From Lepidodermella squamata (Eukaryota > Animalia > Gastrotricha): a stretch of DNA of 64,000 nucleotides. Made by a program: the position numbers and the translations under genes. The notes under the pieces were generated by a model that ran no database searches, had not been told where the DNA came from, and worked only from the letters and a program-made list of their open reading frames with translations. Shown in pieces: positions 11,786-24,742 of this stretch (positions within the stretch are counted from its first letter, which is position 1; each line of letters starts with the position of its first letter). The DNA is taken from assembly GCA_047495785.1 (NCBI GenBank), contig JBLDXI010000016.1, positions 310,001 to 374,000 of the forward strand. Reading direction: 5' to 3'.

Positions 11786-13408
11786 GATGGTACGTCTGCA
11801 TTTTCTTTCAAGGCCATTATAACAGAGCGTAAATTCCTTTGCTGACTATTCCGATGAGATCCTTCCTCTCAATTTCTCACTCATTCCTTCGCCCGATCAC
11901 ATTGAGGGGAGAAGAACTACTAATGCTCGATGAATATAATCGGACATAATCACAACGAAGAATACTGCGAACCCTAGAGGGCAACGTATTCCCTAGATGC
12001 GGGTCTCGCTACGACAGACTGGCCGCGCTCGGATGTGTATGCCGATAGACACGGGGGAATTCATCTACTGGCGCCATCTGATGCAGATTCTTCCATAATG
12101 AATGCATGCAGAGGTGTTCCGCGTGTTTTTTGTCATTGATAAATCACGGTCGACCCGGGACCCGGGGATGGGATCCAGAAATTTTGCGAAGTAAATTGTA
12201 CATTAACACTCTGGGCTCGAATGGACGGCACATTACGTTCAGCGCGCAAGGGGGTCATTTGAGTCCACTAAAATTCGCTTGATTTATAAACTACTTACGG
12301 CCACCTGAAGTTCGGACGGCCGAATTTGCGTATCACGCGCCGAAGTTGGGCGCTCACGTCCGAAGAACGATATCGCCATTTAGATGCGCTTCAAGTTCCG
12401 ATGAGGCTGGCAGCTCGAGAACAATAGCGCACACTGAAGTATCCGAAGTGCGAGAACAATAGAGTAATACTCCATATTCGTACTCATTTTCTATAGCTAT
12501 AACTGTCAATACGACATTTAGCATTTGGTAAAGGAAAGGCTTCGGATGGGCCGAATCAGAAGAGCCGAAGATATACGCATTAAACAATATAATACAGGCG
12601 CTGCATCTTCCTTAATGAGAAACACCGCAAACGACAGCTATGCAAAGATTAAGATCGACTCTAATATTCCACCTAATATTCCGACCAATTTCAAACGAGG
12701 CACTCAAACGTTGCACTTTTGACTTTTATGACTTGACTTGACCTGATGCTTTTTCGCTTTGTCAGAATGCCTATTCGCTAAAACCCGATCATGATCGATA
12801 GAAATATTGAAGATTTCATTTCAGTTGTTCCAAACCTCCTCTTTGAAAGTATAGCGAACATGATCTTTGCCTCGCATTTTCTTATTACCTCGTGACACAA
12901 TTTTTTTTAAGCGGGTTTTCGCCAGTACTTATATGGATTTAGTCATCGGCAAATTTTCGTTAAAATGAGACTGCGATTTTTATGAAAGATCCACTTGTTT
13001 TGGGTTCGGATGTCATTCCACATCATCATGTGGAATGACTTTATCAGACCATTTTCTTAGTTGCGAATTAGGTCGATGTCGCCCCTTAAATGCCAAAAGC
13101 TAAATGAACACCCGCTGAAAAGTCCACCAACTGCGCTCCGAAATAGCGTCTTGAAATTTTTTGAGCGATCTGTACCAACTTGGTGAAGCCCCAAGTTTCT
13201 TCTGGCTATGCAGAATTAATGAAAAATGCGAGGCAAATAAAAATTGCGCATACTTTATTTGCCTAACTTTATTGAATGAAGGATAAGTGCCTTCAGTGGT
13301 GCTTGAAAGTGATTGACAGTTCACAGCAAATCATACAACATTTTTATCAGGGTTCTTCGTCTTTTAATGTAGGGACCGGCTCATTGCTGGGAAGCTTTTC
13401 CGTTTTAA

Positions 13409-15236
13409 ATGAGGCTAGAGTTCCTTCAATTTGTTTTCTTCGCAGCGCTACTGGCTCCGAGCCTAACAAAGAATGATAGCGGCGAGGAAATTCCCGGTGA
13501 TGCAGTTCAGTTGAAAGAGATTCAAGAGCGATTTTTCCAGCTCTGCCCTATCGCCAAGGCTAGCAATTTACCAGCTGCAAACCATTTGCAGACAAACAAC
13601 TTCTCACAACCTATTCAAAGTTACCTTATTTCGAGAATTCTACAAATCACTGAAGTCAGTGATGAAACCATGAGGTGAGAGGTCTTTATAATATGCCGTA
13701 TATACCGATTTAGAAGGCTCTGCACTATGACTCTATCAATCAACCCGCAAACTCTGCCTTATAAACGAGACCTGCACTTTATTTCGGCTATTGCCTTATA
13801 TTTATCAAAGTGAAATTTGAGCAGTTTTCACGTAGCCAAAAGTACTGGATATTGCTCCCTTTCACCTCTTGTTAAGAGTTGATAGGATTGTAAGGAGTGG
13901 TTTTTCCTTGCATACGTAATATCATAATAATAATTTACTACCAAAACCGGCGACAACAACTTAAAATTGGTAAAATATAGCTTAGAAAAATTACGTCCCA
14001 AATAAAGGACGCCAGGTTAGAACGGACTAAGGGGATTGAATTGCGTATTAGCGCGATTCACGCTTTGACTTTCAACCCTTAAGAAGCTGTGGGGTACTTG
14101 TGACATGCGCACGTAAGTTGGCCCCTGCCCTGTATGATTTACCTCGAAAGTCTGCCGCGTAAACGGGACTGCCTTTTATAAAGGTCGTGCCTTCTAATTC
14201 AGTATATACAGTAGCTCAATTTCACACATCTATGTAATTGACTCTTCAATTTCAGCATGACAGTAACTATGACATTCCGAATATTTTGGGACGTGCCATG
14301 TGGCCGTGATATCCGATCTGACCTGCTGCCCGGTTACACAAATCTCTCCCAAGCCCTTCTGGATCGAATACAATTTGAGGTACCAAAGGAAGACGTGTGG
14401 TGGCCGGATATGCAGCATATCAATGCGATTGGGGATTCGAGGCCCCTTAGAGAGTAAGTGAACATAAATTTGCCATTTTTTCATGTTATTTTCCGCTATT
14501 TTCCAGCGAAAATCTGGTAAAGGTCATGCCATTCCGCGGGCCAAATCCAAAGTTTCTCATCTACTGCGTTCGACCATTCACCTCGATGTGCTTCGGCTTT
14601 AAATACACAAAGTTCCCATTCGACACAGCATGGTGCAATTACGAGTTTGAAAATGAAAACACAAAGAACGAAGCTGCGATCAATATTGGAGAGCTCACTG
14701 TTATAAGCTCATACCCCCCTCTTCGCGCTGATGATATCTGGAGCTTCGTAAGCTATAACGGATCTGTTTTCGATGCGGGTGGCTCGGACCACGTAACATT
14801 GAAATTAACATTAGCCAGAAAGTATCAGTACTACATTGGCAACGTCTTCCTGCCAACATTGACCTTATTCCTACTTCAAGTCGCCGGCTTGCTGATGGAT
14901 CCGAAACACCCAGATCGGCCTACCTTCTGCGTAACTGTTAACCTAGCAATGGCTGTTATACTGACTCTTGTGTTCACGTTGATACCTAGAACAGCTGAAG
15001 AAGTTTTTTTGATCAACATTGTTATTTATCTGATGATTATTTGTGTTGTGATCACTATTTACACCTTGGCTTCTTGTTCAGTTGCAAGATACGCATCTAT
15101 GAAGCGGGTGGTGCTTGAAACTGTTTTCAAGTCTGGAATGAGAGTTATCAGAGTAATCGATTTCGTCGCAGCTTTAACCGCATTTCTTTTTGGTCTCATC
15201 GTAATTGTTGTTTACGTCAGCAAGATGATATCATGA
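13409..15236 (+). CDS. Divergent Cys-loop ligand-gated ion channel subunit, copy 2; 3 exons
   Basis: Signal peptide, WWPD (loop A), Cys-loop CFGFKYTKFPFDTAWC, L.R...YY.....P pre-M1 motif, four TM helices and canonical introns. Confidence 0.85.
13699..14208. mobile_element. MITE (TA-flanked, Tc1/mariner-pogo-like) inserted in intron 1 of channel copy 2
   Basis: Inverted ends TATATACCGATTTAGAAGGC and GCCTTCTAATTCAGTATATA (18/20 match). The equivalent intron is only about 50 nt in the two paralogs. Confidence 0.75.
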
Positions 15237-16336
15237 CAGTAGGACGAATACGGTTTAAACAATATTTCGCTGCATTTTTCTTGAATAAAAGCTCGTCTCA
15301 GGGGTGTGTTTATTTGCCCGGTGGGAGCGTCCATAATGGATGTCCGGCATCCGAGAATTATAAGCAAAAAACACATTTTCCGGGAAGCAAAACCGGAATA
15401 TCACTAAGTAACATGACTTGTGCGCGCTTACATTCAACATTTTGTAGTGCGCGTAAATCATTGTTTGTTATTTATTTCACCAGAGAACACTATATTAATG
15501 TGAAAGAGAATTGCCTGATGTTCATTTTGTAAAAAACCGCCATGACACTCTAATGAAGCCCTCTTACATCAGCGGGTGCGGCCTAATAGCAATAGGAAAA
15601 TATAGCCCTTGCAAAACACTCAACCTAACGCCGAATGCTGGCGAAGACGAATCTTGCTGTGATTTTTCGTAAATACCTAAATTCATCTTAATGAATCCGA
15701 AAATGGCGACAGCATAACGTCATTTCTCAACCTTACTGGTTTTCTATGAATCGATGTACAACGCTTGATGCACGCTATTTCTTACCGTTCTCAACAGCTA
15801 AGTGCATTTAACGATTGAAAGGAACATCACAGTTTATGATTGAAAAATGTGTTTTTCTTGCATTGATGGGAAATGGCTATGTTGAAAAATCACCGCGCGC
15901 GGTGCAGATACTCACATAATGAAATTACACGGTAGATTTAACAATGCGGCGAAAGGTGGGACATTTCACAAATATTTGAGTTGATGGTGGGAAGAAAAAC
16001 ACTTTTTGCCGCCAATATTTTTTTCTAACGAAAATCTTAGGAAATCTTTCCTATGACCAAATCTAAGGACTTGTGTAAATCGCTTCAAAATGTTTCATAT
16101 GATTATTAAAAATACTAGGTAAAATAAATATTGGCCGTATACTTTGTTTGCCTAATTTAATTGGATGAAGGATAAGTGGCTTCAGTGATACTTGGAAAAG
16201 CATGAGACATAGAGTGATTGACAGTTCATAAAAATTATCATTAAAAAGGTTTCTTGGTTCTTCGAGTAAGCCTTATAGATAGAATCCACTGTCGAAGAAG
16301 GAACAGACTTATGTTTAAGATGCTTTTTCGATAAAA

Positions 16337-17642
16337 ATGAGGCTTGCGATCCTTCAATTTGTTTTCTTCGCCGCGCTATTGACCCCGGGCCTCACAAAGA
16401 ACGATAGCGGCGAGGATATCCCCGGTGATGCAGTCAAGTTGAAAGAGATTCAAGAGCGTTTTTTTCAGCTCTGCCCTATCGCCAAGGCTAGCAATTTACC
16501 AGCCGCTAACCATTTGCAGACAAACAACTTCTCGAGCCCGATTCAAAGTTACCTCATCTCGAGAATTCTTCAAATCACGGAAGTCAGCGACGCAACCATG
16601 AGGTTTAGATTTCTTTTAAATATGCTGAGCTCTTAGTATTAATTGGTTTCAATTTCAGCATCACAGCAACTATGACATTCCGAATATTTTGGGACGTACC
16701 GTGTGGCCGTGATATCCGATCTGATCTGCTCCCCGATTACACAAATATTCCGCAAGCCCTTTTGGATCGCATACAATTCGAGGTATCAAACGAAGACGTG
16801 TGGTGGCCAGATATGCAGCATATCAATTCAGTTGGAGACTCGAGGCCACTGAGAGAGTAAGTGTACACTGTGTTGTAGTGTTTCTGCACATGCCTGCTTT
16901 TTCAAGGGAAGTTCAGGTAAGAATCATGCCGTTCCGCGGGCCAAATCCGAAATTCCTCATTTACTGCGTTCGACCATTTACCTCGATGTGCTTCGGCTTC
17001 AAATACACGAAGTTCCCATTCGATACAGCTTGGTGCAATTACGAGTTTGAAAATGAAAACACTAGGAACGAAGTCACAATTAAAATCGAAGAGCTCACAG
17101 TTATAAGTTCATATCCCCCTCTTCGAGCTGATGACATCTGGAGCTTTGTAAGCTATAACGGAACTGTTTTCGACGCGGGTGGCTCGGATCACGTAACTCT
17201 GAAACTCACCCTTGCGAGGAAGTATCAGTACTACGTTGGCAACGTCTTCCTGCCAACTTTAACCATGTTCTTACTGCAAGTTGCCGGATTAATGATGGAT
17301 CCAAAACACCCCGATCGACCGACGTTTTGCGTAACTGTTAACCTAGCTATGGCTGTTGTGCTGACTCTTGTGTTCACGTTGATACCTCGAACAGCTGAAG
17401 AAGTTTATTTGATCAATATCGTTATCATTCTGATGGTTATTTGTGTAGTGATCACTATTTACACTATTGCAACTTGTACCGTAGCTAAAACAGCCTCTAT
17501 GAATCGGGTGGTGCTTGAAAATTTGTTAAATTCTGGTATACGAGTCATCAGAATTATCGATTTCTTCGCAGCTTTATCCGCATTTCTATTCGGTATCATA
17601 GCAGTTATCGTATACGTCAGCAAGATGACATCTCGACAGTAG
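16337..17642 (+). CDS. Divergent Cys-loop ligand-gated ion channel subunit, copy 3; 3 exons
   Basis: Same motifs as copy 2, both introns short, frame intact. Confidence 0.85.
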
Positions 17643-17739
17643 TACGTATCTTGTTTCAAGAATAGCATGCTGCATTTTTATATAATAAAAGCCTCCTAAA
17701 TGGCCTCTTGAAGGGTAGGTCAGGTCTTTCCTATTTTAT

Positions 17740-18285
17740 TTAATGATGAGTTCTTGCTGTCAAGACTATTGCTGGAAGTACACTTAACCAGTTTGTATAC
17801 CGACTGATAACGCCGATTGCACTCGACGTTTCATAACAGCAGCCTTTCAGGCATATTTTGGTTGTAGCACTCGTCAAGCTGCCTGGGCATTCCGAGTAGT
17901 CTCGACAGATGAGGCCGCCGTTCTCGCAAACCTTCTGATACCGGCCGCAGTCACCTCGCCCCCAGTAGTAGCTATGCCCGCCCGGACAGGTGCAAGTTCG
18001 ATGGAAACAAATCATCATACCCTGACAGTCCGTATCCTGCGAGCAGTCGGATCCGAAAACTCCGCAGCGTAGACATGGTTTAGGTTTGATTTTAGAGCAG
18101 GAGCTATTCGAGGCGATGTAGTAAGGCCTCGATTTCGGACATTGGCAATAGCTGAACTGGCATGAGTATTGTTCATTCGCGCAATCGCTGTCGAACTCGC
18201 AAGGCTCTTCGTACTTTTCAAAGATCGCAGCAACTGAGATTAGGTAAGACAGAATCGAAAATATGAACAAACTAAAAGTAGCCAT
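17740..18285 (-). CDS. Secreted, probably GPI-anchored Cys-rich EB-like protein (paralog 3)
   Basis: Signal peptide, YCQCPKSRPYY, CSQDTDCQG, CLKGCC and a hydrophobic tail. Confidence 0.8.
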   Translation of the reverse strand: MATFSLFIFSILSYLISVAAIFEKYEEPCEFDSDCANEQYSCQFSYCQCPKSRPYYIASNSSCSKIKPKPCLRCGVFGSDCSQDTDCQGMMICFHRTCTCPGGHSYYWGRGDCGRYQKVCENGGLICRDYSECPGSLTSATTKICLKGCCYETSSAIGVISRYTNWLSVLPAIVLTARTHH

Positions 18286-18732
18286 GGAATAATACCCTGA
18301 TGAACCGGCTCAGAACACAGAATCAAGCGTAATGATCAATGTACTCATATACTACAGCGGAATGATTCCGGTGTTATGATGGTATTACCTTGGGGAATCG
18401 AGGCGTTGTTTTGCGCGTAAGAGTGACGAAAAGCTGCTATGAAACCATGCGTTACTGGATCCCTTGTTGGCACCAATTATCCGTTTCTAGTTCAGGTCAG
18501 AAAATGGAATGGTACATCAAAAACCGGAATGTATCGATTTGGCTGAAAAAACCGGCCTTTCTAGCGCAAGTTCTAGTCAGTCATTAAATCGTTACAAATA
18601 TTTATAATTATCAGTAATTCTCGTCATATTCAATTTTATAGATTTAAATTGTTTTCTGTTAATTTGAAATTAAATAACTCTCTGATAAAAATGTGCTTGT
18701 AACAAGACACATTCTCCAAATTTATTCAAAAT

Positions 18733-19287
18733 TCAAAGCAAATCGTATGATATTATATGGGCAGATAAGAACAATATAGTCACTCTGGTTAGAATCGCTT
18801 TCATGTCGCTGGCTGAGGACGCTGTTGTTAGGGTACAGCAACCATTCTTGCACCATTTATCCATATTTTTTCCAGGGCAGGACGAACTGGTAACGCAGAT
18901 CAGCCTATCACCTGGGCAGTAAACAGGCGACGCGCTGCAAGTTCCATTTCCGGCGTAGTACTGAGCCGATGGTGGGCAAACGCAGGTCTGGGATAGTATG
19001 TCACAGCCCAATGAACCCTGGCAGTCTGCGTCCTTTTGGCAATAAGCCGTATACACAGCACAATGCGAGCAGCGATCGTCGTAGAAATCAGCGCAGTAGT
19101 TAGGATTTTGCCTGTAATAAGGCCTGGTGTATGGGCACTGGCAGTAGCCGTAGTAGCATACGATGTCCTTCCCGCCGCAATCGCTGTCAATGTTGCATTT
19201 ATCGCCGTATTTAGGCTCGGCTGTAACAGAAGTCAAGCTAAATAGAACTGAGGTGATGAGAATGAAGAACGAGTTTAACCGATGCAT
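18733..19287 (-). CDS. Secreted, probably GPI-anchored Cys-rich EB-like protein (paralog 4)
   Basis: ATG at 19287 (MHRLNSFFIL), YGYCQCPYTRPYY, CQKDADCQGSL, CKNGCC, then small residues and a hydrophobic tail. Confidence 0.8.
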   Translation of the reverse strand: MHRLNSFFILITSVLFSLTSVTAEPKYGDKCNIDSDCGGKDIVCYYGYCQCPYTRPYYRQNPNYCADFYDDRCSHCAVYTAYCQKDADCQGSLGCDILSQTCVCPPSAQYYAGNGTCSASPVYCPGDRLICVTSSSCPGKNMDKWCKNGCCTLTTASSASDMKAILTRVTILFLSAHIISYDLL

Positions 19288-19682
19288 TTTGTATAGTAAA
19301 AGCTGTTTAAACAATGACAATGTGCAGATGCTGCTTAGATATGTGGGGAATTGTTGTTCGAGGTGTCAAACATCTGTGTAAATCGTATGCGTATGCAAAG
19401 TGCGTGTAAACAGTAGTAGTGAGTGCTTACGGTTTTGGCAAGACATTTTTATGGCGGAGCGTGATGAAAAAGCGAATTTCAACATTTTTATTTGCTGAAC
19501 AATTCAGTAGAAGTGAAAAATCAGAAAAAATCAAGCTAATTTACCGATTAATGAGTTTTTTCGAGAATTCTAATTCAATCCTATATCAGGGTATAGGACA
19601 CTGCATCATGGAAAGTTAAAATGAAAAATCTACCTTAATAACTAGGCTGCTTCTGAAATGATTCTCAGTTCCCAGCTCACAG

Positions 19683-20629
19683 ATGGCATCAAAATTCACG
19701 ATTTTTCTCAGTGTAATAGCTATCGCAACATCTGCTCATAGTAAGGACTACATAGCATCTCGATTACCATTTGTAGTCCACTGCACATGGGACGGCGAGC
19801 CCGCACAATGGCAATCCTTCAACGAATCGTCTCAACGATTCGAGACAGATAACTCACTCGGCGACGAATTCAACCGACTAATCTTGTCGCCCGGGACTCT
19901 TCAAAGCGAAGACTACCGATGCGCCTACAACAACAGCGGAAACGAAGGGATCCTTTTTGAATTCGGCTACGAGCCCTATTCAAAATATGTTGACACCTGC
20001 TATTTTGAGGGTATAGCTAACGATTTCAGTAGCCCGTCTTTCTTAATGAAAAGTAAGTAGGCCAGAAATATTCCAATCGTTATGCAATGACTTTGTTCGC
20101 AGAATCACCTTTCGAAGTTATGTTCACTTGCGAATTATTCGAAACCGCGTTCCCATTCAATAGCTACGAGGATCTGATTCTCAACTTGCCGAAATTAGAG
20201 TTTCGCGCTTCAGCGAACTCCCTCAATATGCGTGTGAGCGATATCAACTGGAAGCTGATTGATGACATCGATGGAACTTTATCCTTTGGAAAAATTTTTG
20301 GGAGAATTTTCAAAGTCTCGATGAAACTGACTTTTCAAGACAATGAGTTGACCCTATTCCGCAATGGAAACCGTTTTGAGATTAGCCTTATCTATGACTT
20401 GAACAATTACGCTAATTCCAGGTCTAGAAAAAGGCTTGATATTTTAGTCGCGAATTTTCAAGTCATCTGGTTCGAAAACCTTCCTGATGATGAAATGAAG
20501 GCGATCTCAAGGGCTGGTGTTCACTATTTAGCGGAGTATTCGACCATCTTAGAAAACTGCATGTCCGTGGCTTACGAGAAGGGAGGCGGAGTTCCTAACA
20601 AAAACCCATGTATAGTTCTCAGCCGTTGA
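19683..20629 (+). CDS. Secreted protein of unknown function (~300 aa); 2 exons
   Basis: Signal peptide MASKFTIFLSVIAIATSAHS. Intron 20053-20102 (GTAAGT...GCAG) joins the two track ORFs in frame. Confidence 0.7.
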
Positions 20630-21114
20630 TACACATTTATAGCTCGCACTGAATCATTTTTATCAAAAGTAAAAAGGAAATCGGTTCGGCTATTCTTGAG
20701 GTCACGTTTTTCGGAAGAGAAGGAAATGAGCCGGGAAAATTCGTTTTGAAAAGAGTGTGTCACAATTGGCAGTGAAATGGAAAATGACTCAATTTCAAAT
20801 TTCAAACTTTTTTTCCTATACTCTTGAGAATTTTTATAATAAATGGGTTAAACTGCTTAGATACAGTCCTATTGATAGTTACAAGATGTCCCCGATTCCC
20901 GCCAACGCACCTTTCATGAAATATGTGAATGCCCATCTCTCAAAATAATATACTTGTTAAATGAGGCTAGTATGTATTCATTGCCATGTCGCAAATATTG
21001 TCCCTTCAATGGGAGCCACTTAGCGATAAACAAGCCTCATCACGTTCGGGAGCCCCTTTTGAGTCCATATACAGATTTTATTACAACTATTTTGTTAGTT
21101 TATATTCTCATATA

Positions 21115-21678
21115 ATGGCCGCAACGATTTTGAAACCGTTGATAGGCGAAAGCTTGATTGCCTCGAAAAATGGTGGCAAAGTGCCTCTTGAATCTCTCCT
21201 CGGGCCTAATAAGGTAATTGGACTTTATTTCTCCGCGCATTGGTGCCCTCCTTGTCGAGATTTCACGCCGAAATTGGTGAAATTTTTCGAGAAAATTCGC
21301 AGTGAAGGCAAACAGCTGGAAATTATCTTCATCAGTTACGACCGTGATCAAGCTGCTTTTGAGGAATATTACCAAGAAATGCCATGGCCAGCAATGGAAT
21401 TCAAAGAGGACAATCCTGACCCTAGGGTATGCTAACAACTTCTGTTTTCCTATTCAACCCTTAGGATACCTCTTCATTTAGGAAAAGGTTTTGGACAAGT
21501 ATGGAGTTAAAGGAATTCCGGCCCTTGTCCTTTTAGATGGTGGATCTGGAATCGTATGTTTAAACTGTTAAAACTAACTTTTTGTTACGATTTTCCGTAA
21601 TTTTAGACGATTACACTGTCTGGTCGCGAACAGCTGGAACAGGATCTTGACGGGAAAGCTTTTCCTTGGAAGCGTTAG
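21115..21678 (+). CDS. Nucleoredoxin/tryparedoxin-like single-domain thioredoxin (WCPPC); 3 exons
   Basis: GLYFSAHWCPPCRDFTPKL, EIIFIS.D, MPW, V.GIP, and an FPWKR* end. Confidence 0.9.
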
Positions 21679-22031
21679 GACATTAATTACTAACGCAGAT
21701 ATTTTTCTACTCTCGCGCAGGCTCCACAAAATTCGATAAAAATCGACGAGTAAATGTGTAAAAACTGCATGCATATCATTAATTTCCGCGAAGAAGAATA
21801 AAATAAATCGATACGTGATGCAATTCTCAGTACGTGTTGCATGAATCATCGCCATAGTAAAGTTATGAGTCGGCCACCGGTACATGAAAAAATAATGAGT
21901 CGACACGTGGAATTAATCATAAACTGCAGTATAAAAACATCTGCCGGTATAGGCAGTCGAAAATCAACCTTAGCAAACTCAACTTCGCTTTATTTCTCTC
22001 TAAAGAACCGTACCGTTAGCTTTGCACAAAA

Positions 22032-22578
22032 ATGGCTGATGAAATCAAGACTCTTCTCGGGCAGAATGTCAAAAATGGCGAGGGCAAGGACGTAGCGGTC
22101 GAAAGCTTGTTCGGCGAGGGCAAATATGTTGGTCTGTACTTTTCAGCCCACTGGTGCCCGCCCTGCCGTGGCTTCACCCCGAAATTAGCGGACTTTTACA
22201 AGAAGCTCCGCGAGGCCGGCAAGAACAACTTGGAAATCATTTTCGTCACCTGTGATCGCGATGAGAATCAGTTCAAGGAGTATTTCGCGGAGATGCCTTG
22301 GCTTTCGATGCCGTACGCTGATGAAGAAGCCAGGGTAAGACTTACTCTAATTTCTTATGCTGTTATTAACTTTTTCCTTTTTCAGCGAAAAGTGATGGAT
22401 AAGTACAAAGTTAGCGGCATTCCCGCTTTCATTATTCTCAACGGATCTGATGGCTCTGTAAGTTAGAAGTATTCGAAGCTTGATCATTACTGTTTTTTTT
22501 TAATTTTAGATTTACGAAAAGGGAGGCCGAGAGAAGGTTGAAGCTGACCTTAAAGGAGAGAATTTCCCCTGGAAGTGA
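22032..22578 (+). CDS. Nucleoredoxin/tryparedoxin-like thioredoxin (WCPPC); 3 exons
   Basis: GLYFSAHWCPPCRGFTPKL, MPW, VSGIP and an ENFPWK* end. Same introns as its neighbour. Confidence 0.9.
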
Positions 22579-22754
22579 GAATCTTACTGCTATGAACAAC
22601 TACAACACTGCTTACAAAACATGACACTGCTTAAAAATTCATTGACTTTTTTCGATGGATTGTATTTAGTCATATTAGCTGATCATAATAAAGCTTCATA
22701 TATATAGTCAAAAATGCGTTTTGGATAATCTTTCAATTTTTACACTATGAAAAC

Positions 22755-23250
22755 ATATGACCGTTAAAAAGTGTAAAGTGGGGATTGTCGTATTTCCTTT
22801 AGTTTCCAGCATATTACAAGAAGTATCTTTACTTGAAGAAGGGACATTCCTAATTTTTCTTATTCAGCTTTTCTTGAGGATTTCTCAAAGTCTCCCCGAA
22901 AAGGTTTATCGATATGCGTTGACGTGGAAGCACTAGCTTGATTCCATCAAAATTGCTGAAAATCTAGCAAGATTCCTCACCTCAGATTACAGCAATAAAA
23001 TCTTGAGTGTGCATAGAAAATAACATCATCTAAATTTAGTGCGCGACGAATTTTCAATTGATGCAATAAAAAAATTCGCGCATTTCTCGAAATTAGCAAT
23101 TTTCACTCGTGGATTTTGCAGCCCATTTTCTCAGCAACTCTGATGACTATCATCGTATTTTGAATATCGTTGAACTCGTTCATCTCAATGCCAAATATGT
23201 GAGTTCCCAAGTCCCCTTTTAACTTAATTGTTAACTGTTAACGGTCATAT
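22755..23250. mobile_element. Putative MITE with short TIRs
   Basis: ATATGACCGTTAA at 22755 and TTAACGGTCATAT ending at 23250 form a perfect 13-bp inverted repeat, with weaker similarity extending inward (AAGT..AAA..GGGGA). Interior is non-coding. Confidence 0.5.
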
Positions 23251-23846
23251 AGCTTTTGAGCTCGGAGCCCCTCAACATGCTCTTGCTAATAATCTCTTTC
23301 CAGTACCCATTTTGAGCTATTTTGAGCTATTTAGCCTGTTCATCCATTGTCTGGTTAATCCTTTGATATTGCGAAACAATAAACTTGTTGCTAAATACAG
23401 CTAAATATCTGAAACAGCTAAAACAGGGTACGGGAAAGAAATTAATAGGAAGAGGGCAATCTAGCTAAAAACAGTTCTTTAACTGGTTTTAAATTTAGTG
23501 TAAACTTGGGCCGTTGATTTTTCAGCCGAATATTATGCAATTCTTTTGAATCTCTGCGAATAAGATTGTACTGAAAGATACGACAAAATTTGAAGATGAA
23601 ATCTGCATGCAACACAATGGCGAAGTGAACTACATTAAAAAACCTATAGATTTCATGAGCGAAAACAATTGACAATGCTAATGAGCGAGCGAAGAAAACC
23701 ATGCGAGCTTTTGTAGTGCCAACTCGAACAAATACAGCAAATTAAATGCACCTCGTTTCATTGTCATCCTCAAATTTTTGCTCGTCTTACCTTTATGCAA
23801 CACGTAATAAAGTGATAATAACATTAACACCGCAAGTTCCCATGAC

Positions 23847-24742
23847 ATGAGGGCCATCCTTACTGGATTATGGGTAGTTTACCTGCTAATATCCGCTTCG
23901 TTCTTCGCAGAAACTGAAGTAAGCCATTTTTTATTCGGATTTTTAAATGACTTTGAATGTTTCCAAAGATCGTTCGAGATTCATGGAGCACCAAAGTGAT
24001 AGACCTGTACTACAGCAAAGAATTTGTGAACATGGTTTATCTGTTACGACGGGCTCAGAATACTAAGGAAATCGCCGATTCTGTCTTCCAAAGCGGCTCG
24101 AAAAAGGCTGCTCTGCTGTGGTTCGGAACTGGAGGCTATCTTAAGGGAGATCCGTTTGCGAAACGTTTCGCTAGTTTCATCGAACAATACGCGGCAAAGC
24201 TCGATCTGGCCGTTGTTTACATTGGAATGGAAACCGATCGGTTAACGTTAGTTTTTTTGTCATTTGTCATTTATTCGTATTGATGTTAATTCGAGCGGGT
24301 TTTAGCTTCGCACGTAACTTGGATTACGATATGCCGTCAGTAAAAATGGTTTACTTCTACCAGCCTCGCAAGGGGGAAGTCGATCCGAGAAAGGTATGTC
24401 ATTCGGCTAATAACGAGACAACGGCACAATTTGTAAACCTTTTTAGAAACTGAAAGAATTCATTTTTAACGATAACGCCCCATTTGCGTTGGCAAAATTT
24501 GGAATCGCTGTCGTTGAAACGGATTTGGTAAGTGGAATTCGTTGGGATTCAAGATTCAATAATTTATTTTTTCAAATCAGGTCGTTAACAGAATGAGCTA
24601 TGAGCAAGCCTTGGAGCAATGTGACAAAGGGCTCTATGGTACATGGGTACCAAGTCGGAGAATCGAGCCACCGCCTACGACGCCCTCGACAACGCGACAA
24701 ACAACTACCACTACAAATGGTATGAACATATGGGATGAGTGA
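23847..24742 (+). CDS. Secreted, catalytically dead nucleoredoxin-like protein with a Thr-rich tail; 5 exons
   Basis: Signal exon MRAILTGLWVVYLLISASFFAETE and four canonical in-frame introns. ALLWFGTGGYLKGDPF aligns with GLYFSAHWCPPCRGF. VVYIGMETDR and DPR|K match the neighbours, including the intron position. Confidence 0.7.

Noticed and set aside
12040-12720. GC-richer tract with TE-like motifs and short ORFs
   Set aside because: No termini, second copy or protein motif that would support a call.
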